A DNA stretch of 64,000 nucleotides from Octopus sinensis (Eukaryota): contig NC_043003.1 of NCBI RefSeq assembly GCF_006345805.1, forward strand, positions 27,590,001 to 27,654,000, written 5' to 3'. Position numbers and translations under genes: made by a program. Positions 1 to 12,561 of the stretch are shown here, in pieces (position 1 is the stretch's first letter; every line of letters begins with the position of its first letter). Below the pieces are notes generated by a model. That model had not been told where the DNA came from. It ran no database searches and saw nothing but the letters and a program-made list of their open reading frames with translations.

Positions 1-87
1 TCTATCCAACTAACTAATCAATCATTTGTTTAACATGTTGGTTAAACAAATAATCTATTAATGAGTTGGTTAGATACTTAACATAGT

Positions 88-410
88 TCAGTGGTTAGAG
101 TGTCAGGCTCACAATCATGAGGTAGTGAGTTTGATTGCTGCACTGGGTTGTGTGTTGTGTTCTTGAGATAGACTAAAAACACTTTATTTCACATTATTCC
201 AATTCACTCAGCTGTAGAAATGAGTTGCAACGTCACTGGTGCCAAGCTGTACTGGCCTTTGCTTTTTTCTTTCCCTTAGATAACATCAGTGGCATGGAAA
301 GGGAGGCTGGTATGCATGGGCAACTGCTGGTCTTCCATAAACAACCTTGCCTGGACTTGTGCCTCAGAGGGTATCTTTCTAGGTACAATCATGACTGAAA
401 CGAGTCCTTC
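88..410 (+). mobile_element. tRNA-derived SINE family C
   Basis: gtggttagag head, ctttatttcac...cactcagctgtagaaatgagt core; minus copies at 19925-20265 and 58520-58855. Confidence 0.75.
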
Positions 411-679
411 CTTCCTTCAGATACTTAACTAACTGGCTAACAATAAAGGTGTAGAATTGAACTGCTGTATGTGTGTGTGTGTGTGTGAGTGAGTTACTAT
501 TATTATTTGCATAATGACTCACCCTAGACACTACAAAATACATTTATTAACATTCTGCTGATCTACTTCTCTATTATATATATAATATATATATATTTTA
601 AACAATATATTCATATTGTCTTTTTATCTCTTGGTTTGTCCATGTATTCATCAATAAGTCCATCCACTGATCTGTCTCT

Positions 680-1068
680 TTACTCTTTTACTTGTTTCAG
701 TCATTTGACTGCGGCCATGCTGGAGCACCGCCTTTAATTGAGCAAATCGACCCCGGGACTTATTCTTTTGTAAGCCCAGTACTTATTCTATCGGTCTCTT
801 TTGCCGAACCACTAAGTAACGGGGACATAAACACACCAGCATCGGTTGTTAAGCAATGCTAGGGGGACAAACACAGACACACACATGCATATATATATAC
901 AATATATATGACAGGCTTCTTTCAGTTTCCGTCTACCAAATCCACCCACAAGGCTTTGGTCGGCCCGAGGCTATAGTAGAAGACACTTGCCCAAGGTGCC
1001 ACGCAGTGGGACTGAACCCGGAACCATGTGGTTGGTAAACAAGCTACTTACCACACAGCCACTCCTGC
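680..1068 (-). mobile_element. tRNA-derived SINE family A (CORE-like ccttgggcaagt box, internal (TA)n(TG)n)
   Basis: Head gtggtaag...ggttcagtccc, tail gcagtcaaatgactgaaacaagtaaaagag; other minus copies at about 5519-6310, 6446-6795, 36470-36790, 42103-42470, 43838-44185, 61555-61855. Confidence 0.85.
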
Positions 1069-1699
1069 ACATCCATTTTTCTATGTCTCTCTATGTAGCC
1101 ATCAGCTTTTAGTCTATCTGTCCAGTCATTTCTCTAAATGTCCATCTATTCATTTGTCTGTATGTCCATCCATACTGTCTGTATGCCTGCCCATCAATTT
1201 AGCCATTCATTTGTTTACATGACCATCCTCTCTATGTCTACTTGTCTGAATGTCTATTTATCCAACCATATCTATAGTCCATCCATCGCTATGTCCACAT
1301 GTCTGTGTCCATCTATTTGTCACTATGTCCATCCACTTGCCTATGTCATTCTATGTCCATTTGCCAATCTGAACGTTTAACCTTCCTACCTTTGTCCAGC
1401 TACCAGTCATTATGTCCACCCTCCTTCTTTCTATCTATATATCCATCCGTCCCTTTATCCAAATAACCCACTCATCCACTTCCTCCATTCATCAACTGAC
1501 CATCCAATCTATGAATCAATACATTAAATATATCGATCTATCCATCAATCCTATCTACCGCTTCAATTACTGGTCCATCCGTTCATGACTCAGTAATACA
1601 GAGTTACCTATCTACCCATATATTTATTCTGTCAACGTCTACCCTGGTTAACCATAAAGACACACTAATGCAATGCAGTAGCCGTCTTTCTTTTTCTTC

Positions 1700-4260
1700 A
1701 CGACACAACATACTATCGCTACACCCAAAGCCATCATCATGTGTCCCCCACCCAGCTTTCCCTAAATGCGCACGGGGACGGGAAAAGAATGACGTGGGGG
1801 TGATGTAAACCCAAACATCTATCCACAACCCCACCCACTGCCCAAATCCGATTGACAGTGCGTCATGCCGCCCAACCGCGTTGTAAATGTAACATTAGAC
1901 AGACAGACAGGCTGTCTCAGTTCGCTTGTTCCTCAACACATCATCACCACCACCACCACACAGTCCGTATTCTCTTCCACTTCCTCCCACGCAGACAATC
2001 GACCAGTGATGGAAATGGTGACGGTGGCGGTGACAGCAGACTTCGATGGATTCTGCTGGGCATTTTCTTTCATCTTCAATAGCAGCAGCTGCAGTAGTAG
2101 TAGTAGTAGTAGTTGTAGAAGTAGTAGTAGTAGTGGTGGTGGTGATGATAGTGTTATTGGTGTTGGAAATAGTAGTAGCGTCAAATAAACACTAACAACA
2201 TTGCGCTCAGACTTAAAGAACAAACCAACCTGTACGTAGTTGCGCGAGTTGCTAGAAATAGCAGTCAAATTTCCGGAAAACACGGATAATATGCGTTAAA
2301 AGACTAGACGCACACGAGTGGAATGCCTTTGATCATAATTCGATCGATCATGGTTATTTCCAGTGGCGGTGGTGGTGGGGAAACTAATATTATCATCATC
2401 AGAATACACATAGTAGTACACGTACGGAAACAGTAGCAGTTGTAGTAGTTTGTAGTGGTAAATAGTATTAAGCATGACCTCCCCAATACAACGGCGATTT
2501 AAAGAGAAACTAATCACACACACACATATATCGAAGTTTCCCATGCGCGCGCGAGCTCATGTATGAGAAAGTGTGTGCAAAAGCGGAAGAAAGGAGTAAG
2601 TCGAGATACGAGCAGAGTTAAGTGTTTTTCAAGGAATACACGAGCGAGTTGTAACTTTTACGAGGTGCATATACATAAATACATACATACACATGTTTTA
2701 TAAGTGTCAATAAATGAAGCTCTCGGCCCTTGATTCACTTTGTAACTTCTGCTGACTGAATATCAAACAGATACACAGCCATATATACATACATAGACAC
2801 ACCACATACAATTAATGGGTGTGCAGAAGATGTCATTTGGTGCTGCGTGCGTGCGCGCGTTCGGGGATTTCTCGGGAGCGAAAGAGCGTAGGTGTGAAAT
2901 CGTGTGGGCGTGTATTCACGTGTGTAAAGCTGAGTAGGTGCATTTCAGCATATATGTGTGTTTGTGTATCTGTTCATTTGCGTGTAGGTGTCTGCGTTGT
3001 GTATATATATACACACACACGCACACATCTATATGAGCGCGTTTGCGTTTGTATTTATATACGGGGAATGCACGAGTGAGTACTTGCATGTACGTGCGTG
3101 CTTCGGCTGTGTGCGTTTATACACCCTACATATATACTTCAGTGCTTCCATTGCAGGTGTGCGTGATTGCGTTATATATATATATACATAAATATATGTA
3201 TTATATGTACGCGCGTGTTTCTATGTGTGTGTATTGGCTGCAGACACACCCGAATATATTCAGGTACCACCAACACCACTACAATCACAACAACAGCAAA
3301 CGAGAGCACCTTTATGCAGTAGGCTAGAAATAGTAATCAGCTCTTCCTCAAAACATATCTAACTGTTTTCAGAAAAGAAGGACGCATTGAATAATGATTA
3401 TGGTTGTAGAGAGATCATGCGTTTGATCAGAGGTTTGCTTGACCAAAGGCTTGACCAGGAGTTAACAACAACAACAACAAATAGTCACAAAAGAACAACA
3501 TCAGTAGTAGTAGTAGTAGTAGCAACCAACAATACGAACCCACTACGAACGAAGACGCCTATACGCAGTCACTCAACCTTGCTAAACATAACAACCCAGT
3601 TTTTCTCAAATCACACCTAACCATTTTCAGTAATGAAGGATACACCAAACAAAACAGTTCATGATATAACGACAAATCGGGTGGTCAACTCTGGAATATT
3701 TTTGACTATGGGTCAGCTCGGTTATAGTTGGGCTGAGGAGGGCCAAACATAATAACAACACGAACTCACAACAAAATTTAAACAACAACAACAACAACGT
3801 TAGCTAAAACGAACCGTCGGCGTACATGTGAAATAGCAAAGAGTCCAGGCGAAGTTCTGGGCATCGGTGACCACATGTCGGAGGTCAGAGTCATAGGTCA
3901 ACTGGTGAATACATGTAGAGAATAGCAATTTCTCTGGACACAGCACCTGACATGTGGCTCCACGATCGGCCATCAATAGTCACCGGGGAATGTGCCGGTG
4001 GCGGGGGTAGGAGGTGTAAGGGCGATGATTGGAGGAGCCGTGGAGGAGGCGACCGAGATTACTGTTACAGGGCGGTAGCGGGCGTTGGAGGAGTAGAATA
4101 ATACGTTCGGTGGTTGGGCGGAAAAGTGAGTTGACACAACGCGTTGTTCTTCCACTTTTTCTCTCTCTTTCTCTTTCTACCTACTCGAACAGTGATCTCT
4201 AACTAACTATACTGTATACTAATCTCTAACTGTACTATACTATAAAGTGAGACACGAAAC
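1700..4260. promoter_or_regulatory. CpG-enriched, promoter-like region inside the long intron
   Basis: Visibly more CG dinucleotides than the rest of the window; contains gcgcgcgcg, GCGGAAG, TGACGTGG and paired AGGTCA; function inferred only. Confidence 0.4.
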
Positions 4261-4425
4261 CGCCATCCACCCTATATATATATATAATATACTATGTGTG
4301 TGAGTGTGTGTGTATATATATATATATATATAATATTATACTATGTGTGTGTGTGAGTGTATATATATATGTATATATTATATATATATGTATGTATATA
4401 TTATATATAATATATATATATAATA

Positions 4426-4462
<37 letters not shown>

Positions 4463-4593
4463 GTGTGTGTGTGTGAGTGTATATATATATATATATGTAT
4501 ATATTATATATAATATTATATATAATATACTATAAAAGCTCGGTGTGTGGTAAAGTAAATTATTTTACTTTACCCTATTTTTATAAAGTAATA

Positions 4594-4634
<41 letters not shown>

Positions 4635-5109
4635 TACAGATATATACATATATATAGAGAGAGAGAGAGAGACAGTGAGAGAGATTAGAAAGCGAGAGAT
4701 TAGCTAGTGAGATGATAGTTGAGACAATGAGACAGACTAACTAAGTAGAGATAGATAGATAATTAGACAATGAGAAAGATAGATAATTAGACAGTGAGAC
4801 AGATATTTAGACAGTCAGATCATCATCATCACTTTTACTTCAGCACTTTCTTGCTTGCATGGGTTGGACAGATTTTCATTTGGCATAACTGGATTAACAT
4901 TTTTCTTTTGTTACCACCATCAGCACCATTGCCACTGTGTGTGTGTGCGTGTGTCTGTCTGTGTGTGTGTGTGTGTGTGTGTGAAATAGAGAGACCCAAG
5001 GTTAGTGAATGAGAGAGGCAAAGGAATGTTTGACAAGTCAGTGATTGTAAAAGAGTATTATAGAGAGAGAGAGAGAGAGAGGAGGAGGAGAGGAAGAGAA
5101 TGCTGTGAA

Positions 5110-5145
<36 letters not shown>

Positions 5146-5886
5146 TTACTGTACTATATTGCTTGTATATATGTAGGCGGAGGAGGGATGTGCCAAGAGA
5201 AAGTGCTTTTTAACTTGATTAGTTATGCATGAATGGCAAGACGAAGTGAAAGAAAGGAAGAGAGGCAAAGGTAGAAAGGATCAATTGACAGAGAGGAAAG
5301 AGATAGAGATAGAAACAAAGAAAAGGTTGAAGAAACAGATATACACAGAAAGAGAATGATGGAAGAGGAAGAAAAGGAGAGACAAAATTAAAGGAGAGGA
5401 TCACGAGAGAGAGAGAGAGAGAGAGAGTAAGAGAATGAGGACACAATAAGAGAGAAATAAGGGAGAGGGAGGGAGAGAACAGTGAAAGGAGGGGGAATTG
5501 CTTCCTTCTTTCATTCATTTACTTGTTTCAGTCAGCTGACTGCAGCCATGCTGGAGCATTTCCTTGAAGGGTTTTAGTTGAACAAATCGACCCCAGGACT
5601 TATTTTTTAAAGCCTAGTACTTATTCTATTAATCTCCTTTTGCCGAACTGCTAGGTTATAGAGATTTAAACACACCAACACCAGTTGTCAAGTGGTGATG
5701 GAGTTGGGGGGGACACAGACACAAAGACATACGACACACACACATGATAGACTTCTTTCAGTTTCCCTCAACCAAATTCACTCACAAGGCTTTGGTTAGC
5801 CTGAGGCTATAGTAGAAGACACTTGCCCAAGGTGCCATACAGTGGGAGTGAACTCGGTACCATGTGGTTGGGAAGCAAGCTTCTTA

Positions 5887-6285
5887 TTTCTTTATTGCCC
5901 ACAAGGGACTAAGCAAAGAGGGGACAAACAAGGACAGACAAAGGGATTAAGTCGATTAATCGACCCCAGTGCATAACTGGTACTTAATTTATTGACCCTG
6001 AAAGGATGAAAGTCAGAGTCGACCTCATGGGATTTGAGCTCAGAATGTAGCGGCAGACGAAATACCTATTTCTTTACTACCCACAAGGGGCTAAACACAG
6101 AGGGGACAAATAGATTAAGTCGATTATATCAACCCCAGTGCGTAACTGGTACTAATTTAATCAACCCCGAAAGAATGAAAGGCAGTCGACCTCGGCGGAA
6201 TTTGAACTCAGAACAAAGCGGCAGATGAAATCCTGCTAAGCATTTCGCCCGGCATGCTAACGCTTCTGCCAGCTCGCCACCCTAC
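5887..6285 (-). mobile_element. SINE family B tandem dimer nested in a family-A copy
   Basis: B-box-like ctgagttcaaattc twice; CTTCTTA duplicated at 5880-5886 and 6286-6292. Confidence 0.75.
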
Positions 6286-7089
6286 CTTCTTACCACACAG
6301 CCATGCCTGCACCTTCAGTCTAGTTAACATTCTGTCTCAGAGAATGATACAATAGGCTCTAAATTCTAAGGTGTCCACATATCAGAGGGAGGGTTGCTGG
6401 TCCATACTCTGTGAAAGGCGATGTATTCAACTCCCTATTTTTTACTTTCTATTTGTTTCACTCCTTGGATTGTGGCCATGCTGGGGCACTGCTTTAAAGA
6501 GTTTTGTCCAGGAAATCAACACCAGTGCTTATTTTTTAAATCTGCTATTGGTCTCGTTTACTGATCTGCTAATTTATGGGGTTGTAAACAAACGAACAGC
6601 GGTTGTCAAAGCATGACGGAGTACAAAAACAACACAAACAAACACAAGGGGCATCTCTGAGTTCCCATCAACTAAATTCACTAAAAAGGCTTTGATTGGC
6701 TATAGTAGAAGACACTTGCCTAAGGTGCTGCACAGTGGGACTGAACCCTGGATGACAAGGGTGGAAAGTAAGCTTCTTAACCACACAGTCACACCATTGT
6801 ATATGTTATAATAATAATAATAATCCTGTCTACAAGGCCTGAAATTTGTGGCTGGGTGATAGTCAATTACATTGATCTCGGTACTTAACTGGTACTTAAT
6901 TTATTGCGCCCGATAGGTTGAAAGTCAAAGTCTTCCTGGTAGAATTTGAACTCAGAATGTAGTGATCCTGGTGGAATTTGAACTCAGAATGTAGCGACGG
7001 TCAAAATACCGCGATGCAATTTGCCCAGCATGCTAACAATTCTGCCAGCTTGCTGCCTTAATAATAATAATAATAATAATAATAAGAAG

Positions 7090-7445
7090 AAGAAGAAGAA
7101 GAAAGAAAGAAATGAATAAAAAAATAATGGAGAAACTTTCAAAATACAAAGACCTGGAAATAGAGGTAAATCGAATGTGGAATCTAAAAACAGAAACAAT
7201 TCCTATCATAGTAGGCGCATTAGGTATGATAAAAATATATTCAGACAAATACATAACAAAAATACCAGGACTTACAAATATATATAACATACAGAAAAAT
7301 GCACTACTGGGCACTTCACACATCCTACGCAAAACATTTTTAATACAGTAACTAAAAGAGCATCACAACAAACCACTGCACATACCCAAGGCACACAGAG
7401 CTGCATTCGGTAGTGAAGTGAAAGCACGCTATGAAAATAAAACTA

Positions 7446-7450
<5 letters not shown>
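7090..7450 (+). mobile_element. 3' end of an R4/Dong-like LINE (restriction-like endonuclease C-terminus)
   Basis: EKLSKYKDLEIEVNRMW...IPIIVGALG...IQKNALLGTSHILRK; ends aaaactactg followed by (AAT)n. Confidence 0.8.
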
Positions 7451-7498
<48 letters not shown>

Positions 7499-7727
7499 AT
7501 AATAATGGTTTCAAATTTTGGCACAGGTTCAGCAGTTTTTGAAGGGAGGGCAAAGTCGATTACATTGACCCCAGTACTTGATTGATGCTTACTAACTCCA
7601 AAAGGATGAAAGGCAAAGTTGATCTTGGTGGAATTTGAAATCAGAACATGAAGACAGCTGAAATGATACTAAGCATTTAGTTCAGTGTGCTAATGATATC
7701 AGCCAGCTTATCACCTTAATAACAATA

Positions 7728-8174
7728 CAGGTCCTCATCGACTTATGACAACAATTGGTTCTGACTGAGTGGTCGTAAGTCGGCCTATTGTCCTACATAG
7801 CTTTGTTTTATATTTTTACATTCTTAAGGTACATTCTCAAGTAAAAGTCACACATAGCATTCTGTATTATACTGGTGTTAATCAAAAATTTCAGAGTCTC
7901 AAGCAGTCGTCTTATAAACAAATATGAGGTTGCCTTGATGAGTCCGTGACAGGATAGTCATCCAACACTTGGGATAAACACAGCGGTGATCGTTAACCAA
8001 ATGTAGGGGAAGTGTTTGTTAGTTGACATTATCTGTAGGTGGGTAAATTTCTAAGAAATTAAACCCATTAGATTTCAACTGGACTATTTATTATTGCTGC
8101 CGGCAGCTGGTGCACCAATCATCGTAAAGTCGATCGGTTGTAAGTCGGATATGTCGTAAGTCGACGACACCCTG
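7728..8174. mobile_element. pogo/Tigger-like MITE, copy 1
   Basis: TA flanks at 7726-7727 and 8175-8176; 22-nt imperfect TIR CAGGTCCTCATCGACTTATGAC / CAGGGTGTCGTCGACTTACGAC. Confidence 0.8.
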
Positions 8175-8883
8175 TATTTTCTACTACAGGCCCAAGGCTT
8201 GAAGCTTGAGGCAGGGAGAGGTTGGTTGATTACATTAACCCCACTGCTCAACAAAATACACCTGTGTGCTAACGGTTCTGGCAGCTTGCCGCCTTAGTTA
8301 ATAATAATAGTGATAATAATAATGATTTATTTTATTTGCCAGCAGGGCAAAGGATGAGGGAGACAATACAAACATAAAGTGTGCAGGGGTTACATACAAT
8401 GTAAATAATAATAATAGTAATAATAATAATAATCCTTTCTACTATAGGCACAAGGCCTGAAATTTGGTGGGAGGGGACTAATTAATAACATTGACCTTAG
8501 TGTTTTGCTGGTACTTAATTTATCGATCCCAAAAGAATGAAAGGCAAAGTTGACCTCAGTGGAATTTGAACTCAGAAAGTAAAGATGGACGAAATGCTGC
8601 TGAGCATTTTGTCCAGCATGCTAATGATTCTGCCAACTCACTGTCTTAATAATAATAATAATAATTATTATTTCTGCTATAGGAACAAGGCCTGAAGTTT
8701 TAGGAGGTGGTTAAGTTGGTTAACTACTCAATTGGTACTTATTTTATTGACCCCCAAAAGGATGAAAGGCAAAGTTGATCTTGGTGGAATTTGAAATCAG
8801 AACATGAAGACAGCTGAAATGATACTAAGCATTTAGTTCAGTGTGCTAATGATATCAGCCAGCTTATCACCTTAATAACAATA

Positions 8884-9330
8884 CAGGTCCTCATCGACTT
8901 ATGACAACAATTGGTTCTGACTGAGTGGTCGTAAGTCGGCCTATTGTCCTACATAGCTTTGTTTTATATTTTTACATTCTTAAGGTACATTCTCAAGTAA
9001 AAGTCACACATAGCATTCTGTATTATACTGGTGTTAATCAAAAATTTCAGAGTCTCAAGCAGTCGTCTTATAAACAAATATGAGGTTGCCTTGATGAGTC
9101 CGTGACAGGATAGTCATCCAACACTTGGGATAAACACAGCGGTGATCGTTAACCAAATGTAGGGGAAGTGTTTGTTAGTTGACATTATCTGTAGGTGGGT
9201 AAATTTCTAAGAAATTAAACCCATTAGATTTCAACTGGACTATTTATTATTGCTGCCGGCAGCTGGTGCACCAATCATCGTAAAGTCGATCGGTTGTAAG
9301 TCGGATATGTCGTAAGTCGACGACACCCTG
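8884..9330. mobile_element. pogo/Tigger-like MITE, copy 2 (created by the tandem duplication)
   Basis: Same sequence as 7728-8174, offset 1156. Confidence 0.8.
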
Positions 9331-10049
9331 TATTTTCTACTACAGGCCCAGGCTTGAAGCTTGAGGCAGGGAGAGGTTGGTTGATTACATTAACCCCACT
9401 GCTCAACAAAATACACCTGTGTGCTAACGGTTCTGGCAGCTTGCCGCCTTAGTTAATAATAATAGTGATAATAATAATGATTTATTTTATTTGCCAGCAG
9501 GGCAAAGGATGAGGGAGACAATACAAACATAAAGTGTGCAGGGGTTACATACAATGTAAATAATAATAATAGTAATAATAATAATAATCCTTTCTACTAT
9601 AGGCACAAGGCCTGAAATTTGGTGGGAGGGGACTAATTAATAACATTGACCTTAGTGTTTTGCTGGTACTTAATTTATCGATCCCAAAAGAATGAAAGGC
9701 AAAGTTGACCTCAGTGGAATTTGAACTCAGAAAGTAAAGATGGACGAAATGCTGCTGAGCATTTTGTCCAGCATGCTAATGATTCTGCCAACTCACTGTC
9801 TTAATAATAATAATAATAATTATTATTTCTGCTATAGGAACAAGGCCTGAAGTTTTAGGAGGTGGTTAAGTTGGTTAACTACTCAATTGGTACTTATTTT
9901 ATTGACCCCCAAAAGGATGAAAAGCAAAGTCGACCTCGGTGGAATTTGAACTCAGAACCTAAAGACAAAATGCAGGTAAGCATTTTGCTCGGCGTGCTAA
10001 TGATTTTATGAAGCTTGCCGCCTTAATAATAATATAACAACAATAATCT

Positions 10050-10230
10050 TCAAATAGTTGTGACCAAGATGCGTTTCTTCATGCCATGCCAGATATCTCT
10101 GACCCACCCCAATGAGCTTTGATAGGCCCTAAATTTCATGTGGTACCTTTGCCAGTATCATCAGTGTAGTTGAGTGGTCTTTATCTTCTACAAGGGTGCA
10201 GAAGACCCCAAAATATAACATCAATATGTG
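10050..10230 (-). mobile_element. 3' fragment of the same RTE-like family as 52888-53110
   Basis: Reverse complement aligns by eye: ttatattttgg...cttctgcaccct...aactacactga. Confidence 0.55.
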
Positions 10231-11093
10231 CATGTATGTATTTTTTTAATTATTGAAACTGAAACAGGGAATTTCTGTTGTGAGTTGAGTTTCATGCCAC
10301 CGTGAACTTCAAGAAGCAAGAATGCCTGAAGATTGTAGTGGCATGAAACTCAAGTTGTGAGACAAACTCTCGTTGCCATTTTCAATAAAAAACAAACGTT
10401 CTTTACAACATGGATCAAGCACTCCTCTCTCATTTGTCTAACATAAACAATGTACGCACACAAGTGTATCCATACATGCGTGTGTATGTGTTCAGGCATA
10501 GAATCTAATTAATTGAGGTTTGTTAGCAAGATATAAGAAATATCATGTGATTCACAACAGATTAAACATCTCATCTCCTCTCACCTAACAAACTAGTATA
10601 TCGCAATCTTGTATTTATTAACAACCTGACTTAGGCTGATACAGATCATCTCTAATCTCCCTAAATTCCAGTGATTATATTTTATAATTATCTCTCTCTG
10701 TGGTTTCTCTCATATCTACATGCACACATGTAAAGTAAATGTGTGTGTGTATGTATATATATGTGTGTGTGTGTGTGGAGGCACAATGGCCCAGTGGTTA
10801 GGACAGAAGACTCGTGGTCATAGGATTGCGGTTTCGATTCCAGACCGGGCATTGTGAGTGTTTATTGAGCGAAAACACCTAAAGCTCCACAAGGATTTGG
10901 CAGGGGATGGTGGCGATCCCTGCTGTACTCTTTTGCCACAACTTTCTCTCTTTCTTCTGTTGGCCTGCTCGCTTAGCCAGTGGGGTGGTATCATTTGAAG
11001 GCTAAAAAAACAATGTGAAGCGCATTGTGACCAGCGATGTGTAGCAACATCTGATAGCCTGGTCAGTCACGGTAGTCATGGTGATATATATAT

Positions 11094-11130
<37 letters not shown>

Positions 11131-11639
11131 GTTGATGCATTGTGGCTGAATGGTTTGGAAGTTTGCTTTGCAGTCACGAGGTTCTAGGTTCAATCCCATT
11201 GTATGGCATCTTGGGTAAATGTTATTTTCGATAGCTTTGGGTCAGCCCTTACCTTATGTGCAAAATTGGGTAGATGGAAAACTATATAAAAGCCTGTAAG
11301 ATGTATTATGCCTGTAATTCAAAGGTTCAGCTTTGTCAGACATTGTGTCATACCATTAAGAGTACACATGCCTGTGGAATACTCAGCCACATACAAGCTT
11401 ATTAAATGAATAGGTAGTTCAGTAACTGAATAAATAAGCAAATATTCAGTGCCACAAAGAAAAAAGAAAGCGAAAGTATCCTGTACACTCTGTAAAGTGG
11501 TTGGTGTTAGGAAGGGTATCCAATTGTAAAAAAAAAAACCTGTCAAAGCAGGCACTGGAGCTCAATGCAGTCCTCTTGCTTGTTACATCCTTGTAAAGCT
11601 GTCTGACCCATGTCAACATGGAAGTCAGATGTTAAATGA

Positions 11640-11850
11640 TGATTATGGTGATGTCGATGAGGACAATGGTGATGATGGTGGTGGTGGTGATGATGATGGT
11701 GATGGTGGTGGTGATAATGATGGTGGTGATGATGGTGGTGGTGATGGTGGTGGTGATGATGGTGGTGATGATGATGGTGGTGGTGATGATGATGATGGCG
11801 ATGATGATGGTGGTGGTGGTGGTGATGATGGTGATGGTGGTAGTGATACT
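11640..11850. repeat. (GAT/GGT)n trinucleotide tract extending an RTE-type (GAT)n tail
   Basis: Seen directly; similar tracts at 38650-38790 and 62630-63040. Confidence 0.9.
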
Positions 11851-12522
11851 CGTTTCTGTTTATTTACTGTTTTCCCATGGCTTGAACAGGAATTGATTTT
11901 TTAAGGAAAAATTTTATGGCTAGATGCTCTTCCTGTCACCAACCTTCAACAATATTTTTCTTTTGTTTTTCAAACAAGTTTACATATTTCACAGGTCTTC
12001 AAAATCTCAGAGTAACTGACCTTAATGTTAACAACATTACCACTTGGCTCAAATGTTGATAAAAGAAACATCAGCATTCAGGCAAAATTATACACACATC
12101 ATGTGTTTAATACAATTATTATTTTTTTTGTCTTCCAAATTTGCTCACAATGCATTGGTTAGCTTGGGAGAATAGTAAAAGACACTTGCACAATAGGACT
12201 GAACCTAAAACCACATGGCTGGGAAGGGAACTTCTTAAGCACACAGCCATACCAGTATGTACAACACACACACACACACACTCACAAATACTGGCTCATT
12301 AGATGGTAAAAGTAAATGATTTTTCTGTTGAGAGAACATAAGAAAATAAGTCAAATATTACAAGATTAGACAAAAAACGAACCTGGCCAGAAAAGACAAA
12401 GTTTACCATTTTTTTTATCATTACCTTCAATTACTGTCTAATGGCCAATTAGGGAAAAGAAGGGAGGAAGAGAGAGAGAGACAGAGAGAGAGATGGACAG
12501 GTAGATATGGATATGGGGCAGC

Positions 12523-12561
<39 letters not shown>

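Larger units (their letters stand above)
7598..9922 (+). repeat. Near-perfect tandem duplication, unit 1156 bp (7598-8753 / 8754-9908)
   Basis: Copies match by eye except a 1-bp indel (ggcccaagg vs ggcccagg). Confidence 0.95.

Noticed and set aside
1865-2283. Overlapping 107-116-aa ORFs on both strands
   Set aside because: Kept open by (AGT/ACT)n and (CAC)n low-complexity repeats; no strong splice sites or homology, so treated only as part of the CpG-rich region
3815-3973. MADRG... ORF as a coding first exon splicing to the TBC exons
   Set aside because: The only donor-like site (ACG|GTTCGT) is weak and phase 0, whereas the next TBC1D1/4 exon needs phase 1
10776-10850. tRNA-like sequences (also 57203, 14580, 88)
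   Set aside because: SINE heads with A/B boxes that continue into SINE bodies; no complete cloverleaf seen
11629-11904. Gly/Asp-rich ORF resembling a structural protein
   Set aside because: (GAT/GGT)n expansion from an RTE-type tail; no splice or homology support
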